DNA of 61,928 nucleotides, counting the filler, from Basidiobolus meristosporus CBS 931.73 (taxonomy: Eukaryota > Fungi > Basidiobolomycota), in NCBI GenBank assembly GCA_002104905.1. It is 2 parts of 2 records of this genome, joined end to end, with 100 filler letters (N's around TTAATTAATTAA, not from the genome) between each part and the next. Parts side by side here need not be neighbours in the genome. Positions count along the whole stretch, not along the records: positions 31,285 to 61,928 come from MCFE01000847.1; 1 more part is not named here. One strand, 5' to 3'. Position numbers and translations under genes: made by a program. Under the pieces are notes generated by a model. It had not been told where the DNA came from, made no database searches, and saw only the letters and a program-made list of their open reading frames with translations. Shown here in pieces: positions 49,079-61,928 of this stretch. Each line of letters starts with the position of its first letter. The stretch's first letter is position 1.

Positions 49079-49427
49079 TGTTGTAAGAGTCTTGGAGATA
49101 TTGGAAGTGATTGGGAGAACAAGTAGATTATGTGGTTTTCACTTGATGATTTATCGAATGTAAAAGTAGTATTTATACTTTTACCTGGTCTTGGCATTAC
49201 AAACACGTAGAATAGGTTAAGGAAGGTCCTAAGAACATGTGTGCAAAGTTGGGGACTGTTTGAACAACTTTGTGAATTTTCATGTTCTTGGTACCTGGTA
49301 TCTTGGTGAAAATATTCTAAGTAAATCCCAACAAGGAATTTGGTCAGTATTCTCTAAGATTTGAGGGTAATGATCTAAGTGACTAAGTTAGGTGAATATT
49401 TAGGTGGAATTACGAATTTTTACAACA
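49079..49427 (-). mobile_element. Solo LTR of the C2/C3 Copia family
   Basis: 349 bp, TGTTGTAA...TTACAACA; flanks ATGTA/GTGTA (4/5 TSD). Confidence 0.93.
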
Positions 49428-49736
49428 GTGTAGAGTAACGATGCTAACCCACTACGAAATGTTGACCACAAACAGTTACCATTGTCAATAAGGCAATGCA
49501 CAACCTCACTACATTGCATTGGCCATGATTAACCAACAGTACTTATAGAGGATATCTCTTTCAACCAGATCACCCTCATTCTTAACACTTTGAGGTGCAG
49601 CTTATACTCTATTTCCTTGGTACGAAGAGGTAAAGTAGCAAAGGTTAAATCAATTTAGCTTGCACAAAGCTAATTGAGTGGGATCGAGAAGGTGATATAA
49701 ATCGGGAAAGTTCGCACAAGACTCCACCAGCCAGTC

Positions 49737-50185
49737 ATGCAGCTTTCCTTCCTCTTGCTAGTTTCCGCTACCCCACTCGGTGACTCCCAGGTAGCCGACA
49801 CCAATGAGCCATATGTCGAATAATAGGGTGCTTGTTATCAGGACACCTCGGTCCCCACTCAAGAATACCAGCCATCAATTGAGGAGGGGGATGATTCGGA
49901 GATGGGTGAGCCAATGCAGACAAGCGAGACCTCGGGTGAGCAAACAGGATTCTCTGGGTTGCATGGGTTCGATATTTCAAATTTACAACCATCCCAAGCC
50001 TTGCTGGACAACATAAATGGCCATTCCTCCAGTAAAGCCAATGCCTTGTCCTACTCAAACCAGTTCGATCAGGGGCAAGTCGTTGATCAAGCCCTCTACC
50101 AGCCCAAGCAGCAACAGCCACAAATTATCATCACTCAGCCAGCATGAAGTATAAGCGATCTGCTTGTCGCCACTTCAAAGATACT
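49737..50185 (+). pseudogene. A3, inactivated copy of secreted protein A
   Basis: 27-bp deletion between TCCGC microhomologies in the signal peptide, Cys changed to Tyr, TAA at codon 29, deletion in the cationic tail. Confidence 0.88.
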
Positions 50186-50419
50186 AGGATTAGCAATAGA
50201 AAATAAAGACGAAATATAAGGTTTGGTCATGGTGAGTTCCACCAAATAATAGAAGAAAATTGAAAAAATAGGAGAATGCAAAATACGGATGATACTCAAA
50301 CAGCATTGTAATAGTGTGAGTAATGACCTGATTAATCCATGAAATATATAATAGCATTTTGGCCAGCTAAACCATATCATATGCTATATAACAGCCCACA
50401 AATACGTTATCCACTCCAC

Positions 50420-50824
50420 ATGCGCTTTATTACCGTAGCAGTAATTCTAGGCCATGCCACCATTCAAGATGCCGTTGATGCCCCAATCGGCTGTCATTCT
50501 CCATGCACTCGCGAGTATAGAAGGGTGCATTATCGCAGCTTACCATGCGCACAGTATGCGAACGATTGCTACCAAAACGTTCGAGTTTTGCCTGTCGTTA
50601 AGACGTCGAATGCCCAATCCCCGTTATTGCTTCAGGTTTTCAGCACGGTGACCAGAAAGCACGATAGCCTGAACATCGCTAATGCCAGCAGCAATAAAGG
50701 CTTCAACGTCAAGTATCAAGTAAGACCCAGTCTCGACCTGGAGGGTGGGGCCAACGCGCTGGAATACGCCAAGCAAAAGGAAGCGAAAACCCAGATAATA
50801 GCTCTTCATATCTCTACGTTCTGA
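50420..50824 (+). pseudogene. B5, copy of B with a damaged signal peptide and frameshifted C-terminus (134 aa)
   Basis: All four N-terminal Cys kept; H/D substitutions in the signal; frameshift removes the C-terminal CxxxC. Confidence 0.7.
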
Positions 50825-53417
50825 CGCAGTCCACCCAAGTTGTACAATACACAACCCCTTAGCAGAGGCAGAACAATACGTTCAATACAATTGGTGTGCT
50901 GACAGTTCCCCCCAACAGATAAATCAACCTAAACGGAGGACTTTGGGTAGGCAAAACAAATAAACATTCTTTGCACGACTACTCTACTCTCACAGTCTCA
51001 TTGACTATCAATCCATCGCAGATACAGTGTACTGGTCCAAAAAAAATCGACAGACACCAAAGGCATAGGGGCACTGCACATTTGGTTGGTGGCAAGAGAG
51101 AAGTCCAAACAGCGTTGTGTATCAACAACCGCATTTGAAGATACTTTGGGATGTCAGTAAAGCCATGTTCAATGTTTACATACTTACTCCATCGAACTTT
51201 AAAATGAATGTATCGATTTTGGGAGTTAAATTGCCGTTTAAGTCAACATACCATTGTATTATTCGTGAGACGCAAAACGACTCGTACTATGATCTTTCAA
51301 GCAAGGACTTGAAGCGTGCACTCAGGAATGGCACTGGTTATTTCATAGTCAATGTTAGCAGTCCACAACAGTACATGTAATTCATTTATTTTCGTCGATT
51401 TCAATATTATGGGATTAGGCAACGAAATGAGTGAAAATTTCTATAAATAATAAATAGAGAGCATCTGTACTTTACAGGATTATGCATATAGTACATTCCC
51501 AGTACGCTCATTCTGACAGCTTGCTGTTATCCAACTATCATTCAAAATATCAATTTATATTGCTACAAAATCACTTTGAAAGGAAAAATGCTTAAAATTT
51601 TGATTGCAAAATGACATACTTGTTTGATTACGATTACAGTTTTCTGATCTTTAAAATCAAAATTCATAACTGAATGTTTAAGCGGACACACAACTTTGCA
51701 TAAAAATCGGAAAAGAGTAAGTCGATAGTCTCACTTTGTTTTAGTGCCTACTGATGACCATCCACTCAGACTGCTCCAGTGCGCTTGGTTCTAGTTGCTC
51801 TGTTGCCAGCCTCACGCGTTCCCCAAGTCTTTAATAACCTTGCCATCTCGCAATTACTTGAAGATGCCCATGTCAACACTAGGCTCTAAAAAACATGGAT
51901 AGAAATCATCAGCAGTGACCCACTACTCAAGCCTTCACCCAACCAGTTCTCCAGAAGCTTGAGCTACAGATTGACGCCACTCTACCCAACTGTTAACTTA
52001 TTCAAAAATCAAAATGAAGGGGCAATGAGCTTATTTATTGCAATGCTTTAATATGTATTATCAACGCTTTAAGCTTCCTTTGCTGTTCCTCCCTACGGAT
52101 TCTCGTATATTGCACAAGAATATGTAAAATATTTGATGTTGTAGTACGCACTGGGCGGGTTACTGTATTGATATATGGACCAAGTAGATCCATACCACAC
52201 CCACATACCTCAGGAATGACTGTATGGTGACACTCCTGCATATGCAAGCCTTTCATAATGATTTTGGTCAATAATTATCTGTGCCGGGGCATAGGTTCAG
52301 TGGGGGGGGGGTAAAGAGAGGCATTGTAATTATCAACTAGCTCAATTCCCTAGTACTACAGACACTATTTCGATGTCATTTCCGGGTGAAGTCCTCACTC
52401 CGGTCCAAACGCCTACGTGTTCTCTTTGAAATACGCCTTTCTTTGCTGTACACCACAATCCCATCTCAATAATTATGGTCAATGGGTAGGCAGATGCTCC
52501 AAAGAAAACGCTCAATCCGGAAGAAAAGTGTTTGACACCGTTATTCTGGAGATTACAAACTCAATTTCTATAGCTCATCTTATGACGGAGTAGCGCAGAA
52601 GATCTACACAATGATTCATCAGAAAGTGTGGAGTTTGCTTAGCATATGAACGCAGACACCGAAATATTGAGGATGCGTAGTGTTACCGTACATCTATTCC
52701 TCATCCAACAAGGCTTCATTGAAATGAATGAACAAACCTGCAGTGTTAGATGTACTGACATCGCTTTCAGTTTTCTTCCTACCGTTGCAGTGACTGCATC
52801 CTCAATCTGAGTCTATCATCTCAGCTTGCCACTGCACCTACAATGCCAATACTTAGCCCACAGCTGATGCAACACTTTAGAGACTCAAATAACCGGAAAG
52901 TTCCAGCTTTGAAATATAGACTGATGGCCTGATTGAATAACTGATGTGCTTTGACTAGGATAATGACTATAATTCTGACAATGATGAGCACTTGTCAATC
53001 CATAGAATGGAGAAGCTCTAGTAACCAGACAGCTGTGCCCAGTGCTGCTATCACAGCACTTCATACTGCTTAGTTGGTTTGGGCACCTGAGGAATACAAA
53101 GTGAAACATTGGTAGCTTACATTGCTCACTCCTCCAGTACTCAGTTGTGCAGCATTGAATGACAGCATATATATGGCTAATAGGATGACTTATTCTACTT
53201 CAGGCAAGGCAAAAATGGCAAAACCAGCACCATTCAAGAGTCTAGGAATTAAACTAAGCAACAGACTTGAGATGTCCAAGGTGTAGTGACACAACTTGCA
53301 AAGTAAAAGCAACTGCTTGTAGGCTGAAGAAGTATTTAGGCTCTTGTGAGGACACAAATAGCTGAGCATAAGCAAATTGGATGAAAATAAGAGTGGTTGT
53401 GCAGACTATGGGTATAA

Positions 53418-53760
53418 TGTTTCAAGAGCCTTGGAGATACTGAAAGTGAATGGGAGAACAAGCAGAATTTGCAGTCTGCTCCTAATTACTCATCAAATAT
53501 AAGAGTGTTATCTTTACTTTGACATGGTCTTAGCAATGCTAACATGAAGAATACAATTATGATGGTTCTTAGAACATGTGTGTAAGGTTTGGCGCTGTTT
53601 GGACAACTTTCAAATATTTCATGTATTATGTATCTGATACTTGTTCTTAGTGACTAAGTACAAGGTCAATGACTAGAGCTCTCAAAGATCTGTATGTTAC
53701 AACCTAGGTGTACAGAAAGCATAGCTGTTACATATCTATGAGATATTTCAGACTTGGAAT
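53418..53760. repeat. Degenerate Copia-family LTR
   Basis: TGTTTCAAGAGCCTTGGAGATACTGAAAGTG and GAACATGTGTGTAAGGTTTGG resemble the C2 LTR. Confidence 0.55.
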
Positions 53761-55227
53761 TCATCAGATAATCAGCTGGTCTTCTGCTGGTGTTCCAATG
53801 GTATTTTGCTGACATTCTGCTGGTGTTTTTCCTTGAGATTTCTAGTTGCAATCCTAGAGGCAAGTAGAGACTAGCTGATGATCAGGTTTGGTATGAGGGC
53901 CAGTTGGTCTTGTGTCCACCTGACAATTATGTCTGCAAAATAATAGTACCTTATATGCAGAGAGCTGTAAGTTTAGTGAGACTTGGAATCCAACTGATAT
54001 GCATCAGTATTCCAATGGTCCTTTCTTGTCCTTGTCTCAAAGCATCAGCACTACAGGTAAAGTGGGAAGAATGCAAAAAGCATCAACAATAGTCTACATT
54101 ATCCAACCAAGCTCTCTAGTAGCTATTTTTCATTTTGTACAAATTTCTGTACTGGAGTTCAAGAGCAGCACCAAATGCACTTACACTAAGTGCTAATACT
54201 GGTCAACAGACCCCTGATGACCTCCATATGTATGCATATTACCAGTTTGGCTGTTGCACACCAGCTTTGCACTTCCACTGTTTAATTTGTTACTCTTAGC
54301 CAATGATGTATTTGACCTAGGCTAGTGTATGCAATAGAGGATACTTTCAGAGTGCATGGCTGGATAGAAAGGAGGCCAATGGACAATGCATCAGTGCCTC
54401 TGCAAAATTTCAGGTACCCTATATAGTACTGACTGCTGTGCATCAACATTTAAAACTTAGCCAATTTTATTCAATTAGAAAATCTAGTACCCTAGCCAAT
54501 TTTCCCTAACCCAGGCATAACTGATCCCTGTAATGGTTTATTTTATCACTTCTCAGAATCTGTTTTTAGCTGTCACACCTGATCATTTTCATGTGGTCAT
54601 TATGTTCTCAATTGATCTGCTAAGCTGTTCTAAGTGATTAGTTCTCTGAGATCTATCTAACTACTTAGCAGTTACTAAGACACCAGCTGATCAATGATGC
54701 AATTTTCATTTATCTTATGTGCTTGTCAACATCTAAACTGATTTCAATTAGTCCAGTCGCTTGGCACTTACTAATTCAACTTGATCAGAAAAGTATAAGT
54801 AAAGCTTACTGAACCTTTTGGTTTAGTGTGTGTCTCAACAAAATTAAGATTGTGTCTCAGCAAAATCTAGAATTCAGCAATTCTGTTCTAGTTTCTACCC
54901 AAGCCTAGTATATATAGCACTCCCAAAAACACCAAACCTAGCCTGCATAGCAAACCAACTCTGTTGCCTTTATAGCCAAACCCAACTATATACAAGACCA
55001 ATATTAGACCAGAACCTCTCTGCTGATATTTCCACCACTCTCTGACAATTCCAAGATTCTGCACTTAGTTGTTACTTGGGTTCAGTTAAACCATTCAAGA
55101 GTCTAATTACACTTTTCTCTTAAATGCAACACTGACTTACTCTGTCTGCAGAGTTGTTTGATCTTGCACTACCATGTTGTAAGCTACTTATAGAGCAATA
55201 TTACTATATTATGATTATATTGTTTGA

Positions 55228-55764
55228 TGTTATGTATGTCATGATCACATGACAACCATGAACACCCATGCCAAGTTTCAGTTTCCTAGCTCAATTTCTA
55301 AAAGATTTCTTCTGGAACCTTTTACCACCTTCCAGAAAGTTCCTGACCATTCCAAACCCTTGTTACATAATGGAACCTTCCATGGAAGCTTCCCATTGTA
55401 TTTTTCATAGTCCAGTACCATATATGGAAATACCGGGTCACATGACTTATTCACATGATCAGGTGACCCAATCCATATCCCCATCCTGTCTCAGTGCCTT
55501 GCCTTCTATATTATTATCCCCAGCACATTGCTGTGCCTCACCCCACAACCCCATTAGTATTAGCCAATATCTCTTGGCATCAGTATAATCAAAAAGTATA
55601 TATAGTCCTATCCCCCCTTAAGTATTCCTCAGTCTGATAAACACAGGTCTTGAATAAACAGCCTTGCCTTGGAAATCTGCCTTGCCTTGTTGATCCACAC
55701 CTAAATCCTTTCCTTGTCCTGCCTTGCCTAGCTCTACTCTCCTGCCTTGTGTATATTCATAACA
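55228..55764 (+). repeat. Probable solo LTR of another (Gypsy-like) family
   Basis: TGTTATG...CATAACA ends, TATATA box ~55598, AATAAA ~55653; no TSD match. Confidence 0.45.
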
Positions 55765-57907
55765 ATGTATGGACAACAACCATTGAAAGAAGTACGTGCA
55801 ACAGTGCACTAAAGGTATACACCTATTTAGCTGCTCAATGTCATCCATATATTACCTCCCTGTAGTAATAATGCAAAGAAATCTTGCAGTTTCTATCATG
55901 TGTGCATTTCTCATGGATAGCATCAGCTCTGAGGTTCTATGTGCACATTTATTTGATGACCAGGCCAACAAAAGTGCTCCTTATGTACCTTTGGTAGCTA
56001 TCCCTCTGTTGAAGATCAGTTTTTTGCACACTGATTGTATTCTGGCCATAAATACTACGTCTGGGCAATACAGGTATCAGAGCACTCGGCTTATAACCTC
56101 TCTACCTCTGATATGTCAAATGCCTGTGAGTATATAGGTGTTTTGGAGTCCATGATTTGATCACAATGTAGTTTACTTTGGTACTGAGCTAAGAGAGCAT
56201 CTCTAGGTGACATTATATCTTCAGTCATATATTTGACTGCTAGATTGCATTCAACCAGGCTTTGCAACAAGAAAAGCTAAAGACCTGATGATAATGCCTC
56301 TTTTGTTGCTTGTTATAGGTGCACACTTGTATTCTTGTGTACTTTCAGTGGCTTTCCCTTGAGTTGAAGCTTTGGTACCTAGATATTGGATGAAGTTCTG
56401 GCCAAACATGCTCTATCTAATTGCTACAAATTTCAGAGCAGTAAGTACATCTATTACTTATTACTAGCTACAGAATGTCTCAGTGAAGATGCATATGCAT
56501 ATGGCAAAGCCCATTATTATCCACAAGGCACTTAACTCTTTTGGAGGAGCTAGATACATATTTATCTAACTGGCCATCTAAAGCAACTTTACTCTGAGTT
56601 CATTGGAAGCATTAGGTGTCATATACTGACAGTGTTAGAGAAAGTGCCCAGAAGCTGCCAATCAATGGCAATTTGATGCATCTACTGATTTTATGCAAGG
56701 AGCTTTCAACAATACTGGAAGGTTTTGCTGCAAGCATAAGGATGCACATATAGATCTCTGATGTATGGTTTCTCTACTTTCTACTAGATGTAGAGAGAAC
56801 TTAGGTGTATGTTCACCTGGAATCTCCCAAGGTGTGGATATGTAAGGAGAAAGGAAGAAGAACAAATTACAGGTTCTGCCATATTCAAGTCCCATCAGAA
56901 ATACTACATTCTAGTACATCTGCAATCCAAAGAGTGACTGATGGAGGAACATCAAGTACAGTAGACAAGAAGTGAGCAAATATCCCTTTGGCATTGAGAA
57001 GCACAACAGCCTCAGTAAGTGTATAGTAAGTCAAATAAGGCAAGGCATGGTTTGGCACAACAAATAAGTATTACTTCTGAAGACAACCATATCAAGGTAT
57101 GTCAGGTAACTCTTGCATGTCAGCCAACTTAAATGCCTTTTCAAATGTAATTGCACAAAAAGGGATGGGACTACACTCATACAGGGGACCAGAATGAAGT
57201 AGGGAAAGGAAGTTTTTTAGCCAGGAGTCTGAGAGTATTTTGAGATATTAAGCAGGTACTCTTTGCCAAGTGATGGCAGCTTGATGTACATTTGTCAAAG
57301 GCATACTTTACCAGTAATTCAAGGCATACAGCAAGTTTACAAGTATTACACTGAGAAACCACATGTTTGTGGTATTAGGACTGTTACCACTGCAAGTACT
57401 GCCAAGTTTTGTACCACATTAGACAGTCTAGTTAGCAATACTATTACAATGCCTCTGTAAGTAAATTGAGAGCAGCACAAGTTTGTACTTGCTGGTATTG
57501 CAGTGGTGTCAATGTGGGATCCTGATGGCAAATATGGATTGGATCCACCTGCAGGACCAAATTACTTATTACATGGTCAAAGTAGGTGGTAAATGTAGCC
57601 CTAAAACATCCCTGACATCCGCATGTGGAGTACGTTATCAAAGTCCTGAATACAAGCTACCTTCACTTCCTTCACCCAATGAAAAAAAATCTCTTGGAAA
57701 AGACCAAGCATACTAGAACCTGGGAGCATACTGCACTGTATGACACAGTATGGCACTAGAAGGCCACAATCATTTGGTTGTACAATACATAAGCAGGAAT
57801 TCTTTGTAGTGGTACTCATGTATTCAAGGTTGAACTATAATTTGTTTATTTGCTCCTCTTAGTGGTGCATAACTATCCTTTGTAATGGATGTCTACTTGG
57901 ATGGATA

Positions 57908-60900
57908 TGTTGTAAGAGTCTTGGAGATATTGGAAGTGATTGGGAGAACAAGTAGATTATGTGGTTTTCACTTAATGATTTATTGAATGTAAAAGTGGTA
58001 TTTATACTTTTACCGGGTCTTGGCATTACAAACACGTAGAATAGGTTAAGGAAGGTCCCAAGAACATGTGTGCAAAGTTTGGGGCTGTTTGGACAACTTT
58101 GAGAATTTTCATGTTCTGGGTACCTGGTATTTTGGTGAAAATATTCTAAGTAAATCCCGACAAGGAATTTGGTCAGTATTCTCTAGGATTTGAAGGTGAT
58201 GATCTAAGTGACTAAGTTAGGTGAATATTTAGGTGGAATTACAAATTTTTACAACACTCCCACTCAGCTAAATGTTCATACTGACTAATCCTAATTTTGA
58301 CCTAAGATATTCAAACTTGTCTCTAGCTAATGGTTTGGTAAATATGTCTGCAATCATTTCATCTGTAGGACAGTAAACTAAGCTAACTAAGTTATTCTCT
58401 ATAGCTTCACGTATGAAATGATGTCTAATATCTATGTGCTTGGTTCTAGCATGAAAAGTTGAATTTCTACCTAATTGTATACATCCTTGATTATCTTGAA
58501 ATAAAGTAATAGGCGTTTTTTGACATAGGCCTAAATCTGTAAAGAGCTTTCTTAACCACATTGCTTCTTTTGTAGCTTCACAGGCTGCCATATACTCTGC
58601 CTCTGTAGTAGAAAGTGCTATGGTTGGTTGCTTTCTTGAATTCCATGAAATTGCTCCTTGACAGTAAAGAAAGGTGTATCCTGTGGTGGATCTTCTGTCT
58701 TCTAAATTTTGTCCCCAATCTGCATCAGAGTATCCCACAAGATCTTGTTCTGAGTCCTTATAAGTGTATCTTAAGCAGATATCAGAAGTTCCTTTTAGGT
58801 ATCTAAAAATCCGCTTAACTGCTGCAATATGATCAGATCCATAGCTCTGATTATGTTGGCTGACAACTCCCACTGAATATGAGATATCTGGACGTGTTCC
58901 AAGCATGATATACATCAGACTGCCGATCATAGATTGATAAGGAAAGTCAGGGCTTTCAGATGACACCAAGCTCTCTTGATTTGGTTGAGTTTTGACCAAG
59001 TTAAGGTTTGTCTCCATTGGGGTAGCTGCCGGTTTACAGTCTTCCATTTTGTACTTCTTTAGTATATCTTGAATATACTTGGATTGGCTTAGGGTAATAG
59101 TCTGGGTACTTCTCTCTATGGAGAACTTAATCCCTAAGTAGTAACTAAGTTCTCCTAGATTGGACATCTTGAACTCCTTAGATAGGCTGGATTTAGTCTC
59201 TTCCAATGTTTCTAGGTTATTGGCGGCTATAATAAGATCATCCACATATAGAGCTAATAGAACTGGATTTGCTCTATCTGGCTTATAGTATATACTATAG
59301 TCAGCATTACTTCTTTTGAAACTCAAAGATTCCAAATAAGAATCTATCTTGCAATTCCAGGCTCTCGGTGATTGTTTGAGACCATATAGTGACTTTTTAA
59401 GCTTGCAGACCAAATGGGGGTTATTTTGGTCAACAAACCCATCAGGCTGGTCCATATACACGTCCTCATCAAGTTCTCCATTCAAAAATGCAGTTTTTAC
59501 ATCCATTTGATGAATAAAAAACTTATATTTGGCTGCAATAGCCAATATTAATCTGATGGAATTAAACTTGGCTACCGGTGCAAAGGTCTCAGTATAGTCA
59601 AGTCCTTTTGTTTGAGAGTATCCTTTGGCTACAAGTCTTGCTTTGTATCTTTCAATTGTACCATCAGCCTTGTATTTTGTTTTGAAGACCCATCTGCATC
59701 CAATTGATTTTCGGTTGATTGGTAATTTGACTAAGTCCCAAGTTTGATTTTCCATCAGGGCCTGATATTCCTCAGTCATTGCAGATCTCCAAAACTTTGT
59801 CTGAGGGCTATTTAGGGCCTCTTTTACAGTCTGGGGTTCATCAATATGGACTGAGTAGGCATAGGCTAAGTTTGTACCCTCATTGATATAGTAATTTGGG
59901 CTATTTCTTGTCCAATTTGATCTCTGGGCATTTGATACTGGAATGATCACTTCTGGGATATTCCTGGGCACTGATTCTGGCTGAACCACGGTTGTAGAGT
60001 CCTCTGGAGTGAAAAAATTTTCATTGTTTTGCTCTGATTCAATCCTGACAATTGGTGGACTTGAGATCAAATTTTGTTCTGCACTTGGTCTGTATCCATA
60101 CCATGTTTCAAATGGAGTAGAGTCATGAAGTATTCTGTTATAACTCCTATTTCTAAGATATACAGCAGTGGCAACTGATTCTGCCCAAAAATCATAGGAT
60201 AATTTTTGATCATGGATCATAGATCTTGCCATATCAATTATTGATCTGTTAGCTTGTTCTGCTACTCCATTTTGCTGTGGGGAGTATGGTACAGTAGTCT
60301 CTTGCTTTATCCCATGAATTTTGCAGAAGTGGATGAAGAGTTTTGAGGTATATTCTCCACCATTGTCAGAGCGTATTTTCTTGATTTTTTCACCAGTTTC
60401 TCTCTCCACCATGGCTTTAAACTCCCTGAGCTTAGACAGAGCTTCTTCCTTTCTCTCCATGAAGTAGACCCATGTGTATCTTGTATAATCATCAATAAAA
60501 GTGATTAAATACTTCATCCCACCTAAGGATTAATTTTGCATAGGTCCACACAGATCTGAGTGAATTAGATCTAATTTTTTCTTAGTTTTGATTAACCCAG
60601 AGCTCTTGAACGGTTGTCTGGCTTGTTTCCCATATATGCAGGCTTCACAATGCTCCAAATTAGCTGGGGGATCAATTTTCACTCCAGAAATTAGCTGATC
60701 TTTGATCATTTTACGCAAATAATCAAAATAGATGTGTCCAAATCTCCTGTGCCAAAGCATTGGTGTTTCTTCATTTAAGTTACCTATATTGGCTTCCAGA
60801 TATGATGGAACATAAGTCAACTTGTATAGATTCTGATCTCTGATGCCTGAAGCAATATGGGCACCATTTTGATCAGTGATCCTGCATCCAGAATTGTCAA

Positions 60901-61928
60901 AACTGAAACTGAGTCCTTCTGCAGTGGCCTTGCTTACAGAGAGTAGGTTCTTGGCTATTTCTGGTACATAGAGTACTTCTTTAAAGGTCAGTGTATGGCT
61001 TCCTTCACTGCTTCTAAGGTTTACTTGGATAGTTCCTTCTCCCACTGCATCAAGTGTTCTATTGTCACCCATGAAAACCTTCTTAATTGCAATTTCTTGA
61101 TATTGGGTAAAAAGTTCTTTTTGGTGTGTAAAGTGTTGGGATGCTCCAGACTCAATATACCACGTCTGAGAATCCTTGTTTGTGGTCATATTTAGTGCAG
61201 ATATGAATAGTCTATCTTCAGTTGTTGCAGCATTTCCATATTCAGGCTTCTTTTGCTGATAATCTCTCTTTTTGAGACACCGGTCTGATGTGTGTCCTTT
61301 CCTTTTGCAGTAGTTGCAAAATAGGTTGCTGTTGCCTTTGTAGGGTCTTGGGTACCTCCTTTGTTGGTTATCATTGCTTATTAAAGCATTTTCTTCTTCC
61401 TTCTTATTGGCGCTTGATTTTCTTAATTCTTCATCCAGGAGCCTTCCATATACGTAATTTAAGGTCAGATCTTCAGTTCTGGACTCTAGGGCTGATACAA
61501 GGCCCTGAAACTTGTCTGTCAGGCTATTCAGGATAGTAACTATCACATCCTCATCAGTAGTTGGTACGCCCACAGATTCCATCTCATCTACCAGCAGGGT
61601 AATTCTGTTAATTAGATTTTTCATTTCTTCTCCTGGCAGCATCTTTGTAGTAAAGAATTTTCTTCTCAGATACATCTTCTTGGCAGCTGAACATGACTGG
61701 CAGGTGTCTTCCAATGCTTTCCAGGCATTTTTTGCCGTTTTTGCTCTTGAGCATTGAATTAGCAATTTGTCCTTGACATTAAGGCAAATGCAGTTAAAGG
61801 CACTTTGTTCTTTCTTCTGGTACTTTAAGGCTTTCTCTCCCACGTTTTTAGGAGGGCATTCTTCTCCCATGACAATATCCCAAAGGCCTCTTTCTTGTAG
61901 CAGCATCTTCATCTTCACCTTCCACACT
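57908..61928 (-). mobile_element. Ty1/Copia C3, young copy of the C2 family, continuing beyond the window
   Basis: 3' LTR 57908-58256, PPT 58257-58267, long open gag-pol frames. Confidence 0.97.
58268..61927 (-). pseudogene. Copia gag-pol with one nonsense change and an in-frame 219-bp deletion
   Basis: The 465-aa and 749-aa ORFs share a frame and are split by TAA at 60530-60532 (TTA in C2); the segment corresponding to C2 25990-26208 is absent. Confidence 0.9.

Larger units (their letters stand above)
49430..52950 (+). repeat. Segmental duplication block III (promoter, A3, B5, W, X)
   Basis: Homologous to 35440-36120, 38140-40830 and 46830-47270. Confidence 0.8.

Noticed and set aside
57240-57800. 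Cys-rich patches (YHCKYCQVLYH, WCQCGILMA) suggesting a KDZ CxC5/CxC6 transposase remnant
   Set aside because: Scattered across frames with many stops; needs an HMM search
1-61928. CRISPR arrays, rRNA or prokaryotic operons
   Set aside because: No repeat-spacer array or rRNA signature; the content is eukaryotic

Overview
Repeat-dense fungal nuclear DNA. An early-diverging lineage (Zoopagomycota/Mucoromycota-like) is my inference only. A 100-bp N44-TTAATTAATTAA-N44 assembly spacer at 31185-31284 splits the window into two contigs that may not be adjacent. The left part (1-31184) is a CpG-depleted stack of nested elements: a PHIS-superfamily (Pangu-like) DNA transposon with 24-bp TIRs and two divergent ORFs, a 713-bp foldback MITE with matching ends and an AGT target duplication, four Ty3/Gypsy remnants, two Ty1/Copia elements (one full length with a TGTCC TSD, one with an LTR carrying ~72-bp terminal inverted repeats), four fragments of an unclassified repeat with a ~690-codon orphan gene, and an atp6 NUMT. 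The right part has a CpG-rich host island (~34.4-52.9 kb). It holds five tandem modules of two small secreted-protein genes (A then B, two pairs intact) that share a P-C-x6-C-Y-Q-[ND] motif, two tRNA-Leu(CAG) genes, an intronless SDR oxidoreductase and a 72-aa orphan ORF. Degenerate repeats and a near-intact Copia follow, running off the window end. The best candidate for an undescribed system is the A/B secreted-peptide module array. All alignments and counts were done by eye; no database searches were run.
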